A DNA stretch of 64,000 nucleotides from an uncultured Sphingomonadaceae bacterium (GTDB lineage Bacteria; Pseudomonadota; Alphaproteobacteria; Sphingomonadales; Sphingomonadaceae). Every line of letters begins with the position of its first letter. Positions within the stretch are counted from its first letter, which is position 1. This document shows, in pieces, positions 62,410 to 64,000 of the stretch. A model generated the notes under the pieces. It worked only from the letters and a program-made list of their open reading frames with translations, was not told the origin of the DNA and searched no databases. A program made the position numbers and the translations under genes. The stretch lies in assembly GCA_964246315.1 (NCBI GenBank), contig CAXTPT010000011.1, positions 1,228 to 65,227 on the forward strand. Reading direction: 5' to 3'.

Positions 62410-62594
62410 CGTCACCCCCGCGAAAGCGGGGGTCCATCTCCCGAACGCCAAAACCTGCGCGCAGGATAGAGAACGAACCCGGCGAGGCCCAATCTACCTC
62501 AATCTCGTCACCCCCGCGCAGGCGGGGGTCCATCTCCCGAATGCCAACACTTGCGCGCAGGACAACAGACGGATTCCGCTTTCGCGCGAATGAC
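62410..62594. repeat. Composite REP cluster (two direct copies plus one inverted REP)
   Basis: 57-bp units at 62410 and 62506 (96-bp period), inverted REP ending TGACG at 62595. Confidence 0.85.
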
Positions 62595-62791
62595 GAAAAG
62601 GCTGCGTTAGACGCCGCATCTCATCGCCGCGAAACCGGTCCTGCCCAGCCGCCCCGACAAATATTCACACGGCCATCCACCACGCGCCGTCGCCAGCCAC
62701 GCAGCCTGTCAACCCAAAGCCTCGCGGCAATGGGGTTAGGCCGTTGTTCAAAGAAAGCGGCGTGACGGTCGCCCGCCGCGCCACTCACTTC

Positions 62792-62820
62792 CATATGAAC
62801 GTAACGGGAACGGAAGTCAA
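62792..62820 (-). promoter_or_regulatory. Orphan sigma70 promoter
   Basis: TTGACT-N17-CATATG just after the holB stop; no SD-led ORF downstream. Confidence 0.6.
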
Positions 62821-62826
62821 GCGAAA

Positions 62827-63810
62827 TCAGCGCCGCGAGAGCGCCGCGACATGGCCCAGCATCTCGAACGCCACCGTCTCCGCCGACAAGGATTGGGGCA
62901 AGGCGATCGCCGCCAGATGCCGCGCCGCCGACCAATGCTCGATCGCATCGTTGAGCGCCTCGCCCTGCCGCGCCTTGGCCTCGTCGGCGATGAAGGCGGG
63001 CACGCGTGCCAGGAACGCTTCGTAGCGCGCCGCCTGCGCCTTGCCGAACAGGCTGCGCGCCAGCGTCGAGCGCAGCCGGTTGTCGCGGTCCCCGTCACGC
63101 GCGATCTTCCGCAGCGTGTCGTCGATCTCGCCCATCCGATTGCCGATCGCCGCCAGCGCGCGGCCGGGCGATCCCTCGGCGGCCAAAATCGCGGCATTTT
63201 TCTCCGCTTCGGTCCCCGGCACCCCGGTCAGCACCTCGCGCATCGCCGCCTGACCGAGCGGGTTGAAGCGCAGCACGCGGCAACGCGAGCGGATCGTCGG
63301 CAGCAGCCGCCCCGCCACGTGGCTGACGAGCATGAACGTCGTGCTCGCCGGCGGCTCTTCGAGCATCTTGAGCAACGCGTTCGCCGCGGGCCGCTCGAGA
63401 TCGTCCGCCGCATCGATGATGATCACCCGCCGCGCGGCGAGCGACGGCGGCATCGACAGGATCGGCTCGAGCGCGCGGATCTGCGCGATGCGGATGCTGC
63501 GCGCGACCGGATCGTCGGCCTTGCGCCGGTCATAGGGCACGATGCGCGGCGGCGAGCCGTCCCACACCTCGCGCTCGACCAGCCGGAAATCGGGATGGCT
63601 GCGCGCGGCGATCAGCTGCCCGGTCTTGCTCTCGGGATCGGGCGGGAAGGCGTAAGGCGGCCCCTCGATGATCGCCTGCGCCGCTTGTCGGGCAAAGCCC
63701 GCCTTGCCGAAGCCCTTGGGCCCGCTGAGCAGCCAGCCATGGTGCAGCCGCCCGCTCGCCAGCCCCGCCGCCATTTCCGCCCATTGCCGCTCGACGCCGA
63801 TCAGGGTCAT
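62827..63810 (-). CDS. holB: DNA polymerase III subunit delta'
   Basis: LHHGWLLSGPKG.GK, HPD, IAQIR, A.NALLK.LEEPP, LLPTIRSRC; follows tmk. Confidence 0.92.
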   Translation of the reverse strand: MTLIGVERQWAEMAAGLASGRLHHGWLLSGPKGFGKAGFARQAAQAIIEGPPYAFPPDPESKTGQLIAARSHPDFRLVEREVWDGSPPRIVPYDRRKADDPVARSIRIAQIRALEPILSMPPSLAARRVIIIDAADDLERPAANALLKMLEEPPASTTFMLVSHVAGRLLPTIRSRCRVLRFNPLGQAAMREVLTGVPGTEAEKNAAILAAEGSPGRALAAIGNRMGEIDDTLRKIARDGDRDNRLRSTLARSLFGKAQAARYEAFLARVPAFIADEAKARQGEALNDAIEHWSAARHLAAIALPQSLSAETVAFEMLGHVAALSRR

Positions 63811-64000
63811 AGCAGATCGTCGAGTGCCGCGAGCAGCCGCTCACCCACCTCTTCGGGCGATCCCGACGCATCGACATGACGAAAGCGCTCGGGCTCGGCC
63901 GCCGCGATCTGGCGAAAACCCGCATCGACCCGCTCGTAAAACGCGTTGTCGCGCGACCCCATCCGGTCGCTCGCCCCGCGCTCGCCCGCGCGCGCGCGTC
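63807..64000 (-). CDS. tmk: Thymidylate kinase (3' fragment, cut by window edge)
   Basis: DRM......FY.RV..GF..IA..EPERF..VDA.GS.EEV C-terminus; overlaps the holB start. Confidence 0.8.
   Translation of the reverse strand, partial: RARAGERGASDRMGSRDNAFYERVDAGFRQIAAAEPERFRHVDASGSPEEVGERLLAALDDLL

Noticed and set aside
62410-62594. Possible CRISPR array
   Set aside because: Only two direct units, REP-type sequence, no unique-spacer series, no cas genes
62635-62700. Resemblance to a ZMP/ZTP riboswitch (CUGGCG...GGUGG...CUGGGCA)
   Set aside because: Lacks the GGGGAG segment and the CGCC needed for the pseudoknot; no purine or folate gene downstream
62621-62794. 57-aa ORF MEVSGAAGDRH...
   Set aside because: ATG lies inside the -10 box, no SD, Arg/Gly-rich composition typical of translated non-coding DNA

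Overview
GC-rich alphaproteobacterial chromosome segment, most likely Sphingomonadaceae, judged from gene content and synteny (gcrA, rcdA-like, lipA-ratA-cinA-ispDF-dusB-ntrBC, petABC, PEPxxWA-CTERM protein). About 80 mostly housekeeping CDSs plus tRNA-Gly(TCC). No CRISPR array, integrase, transposase or prophage was seen. The unexplained signal is mostly intergenic: (1) an 83-nt three-hairpin sRNA candidate with an exposed anti-Shine-Dalgarno tract behind a CtrA-box promoter (32750-32871); (2) tandem TACA-NN-TGTA (BlaI/MecI/CopY-type) operators on the promoter of a secreted-protein/MBL-fold/DUF4230 gene run; (3) three CIR-like miniature repeats, each supplying the hairpin-sequestered SD of the downstream gene; (4) a HigBA-like toxin-antitoxin islet with a consensus promoter and palindromic operator; (5) an rmuC gene with a low-GC3 3' part next to an AT-rich patch holding a 48-aa small gene; (6) an orphan sigma70 promoter driving a structured non-coding stretch after holB; (7) an exosortase-associated ligase/PLP-decarboxylase/ACP trio; (8) many apparently leaderless genes. 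All product calls come from recognising motifs by eye; no database searches were run. Several starts were moved from the ORF track to the likelier codon.
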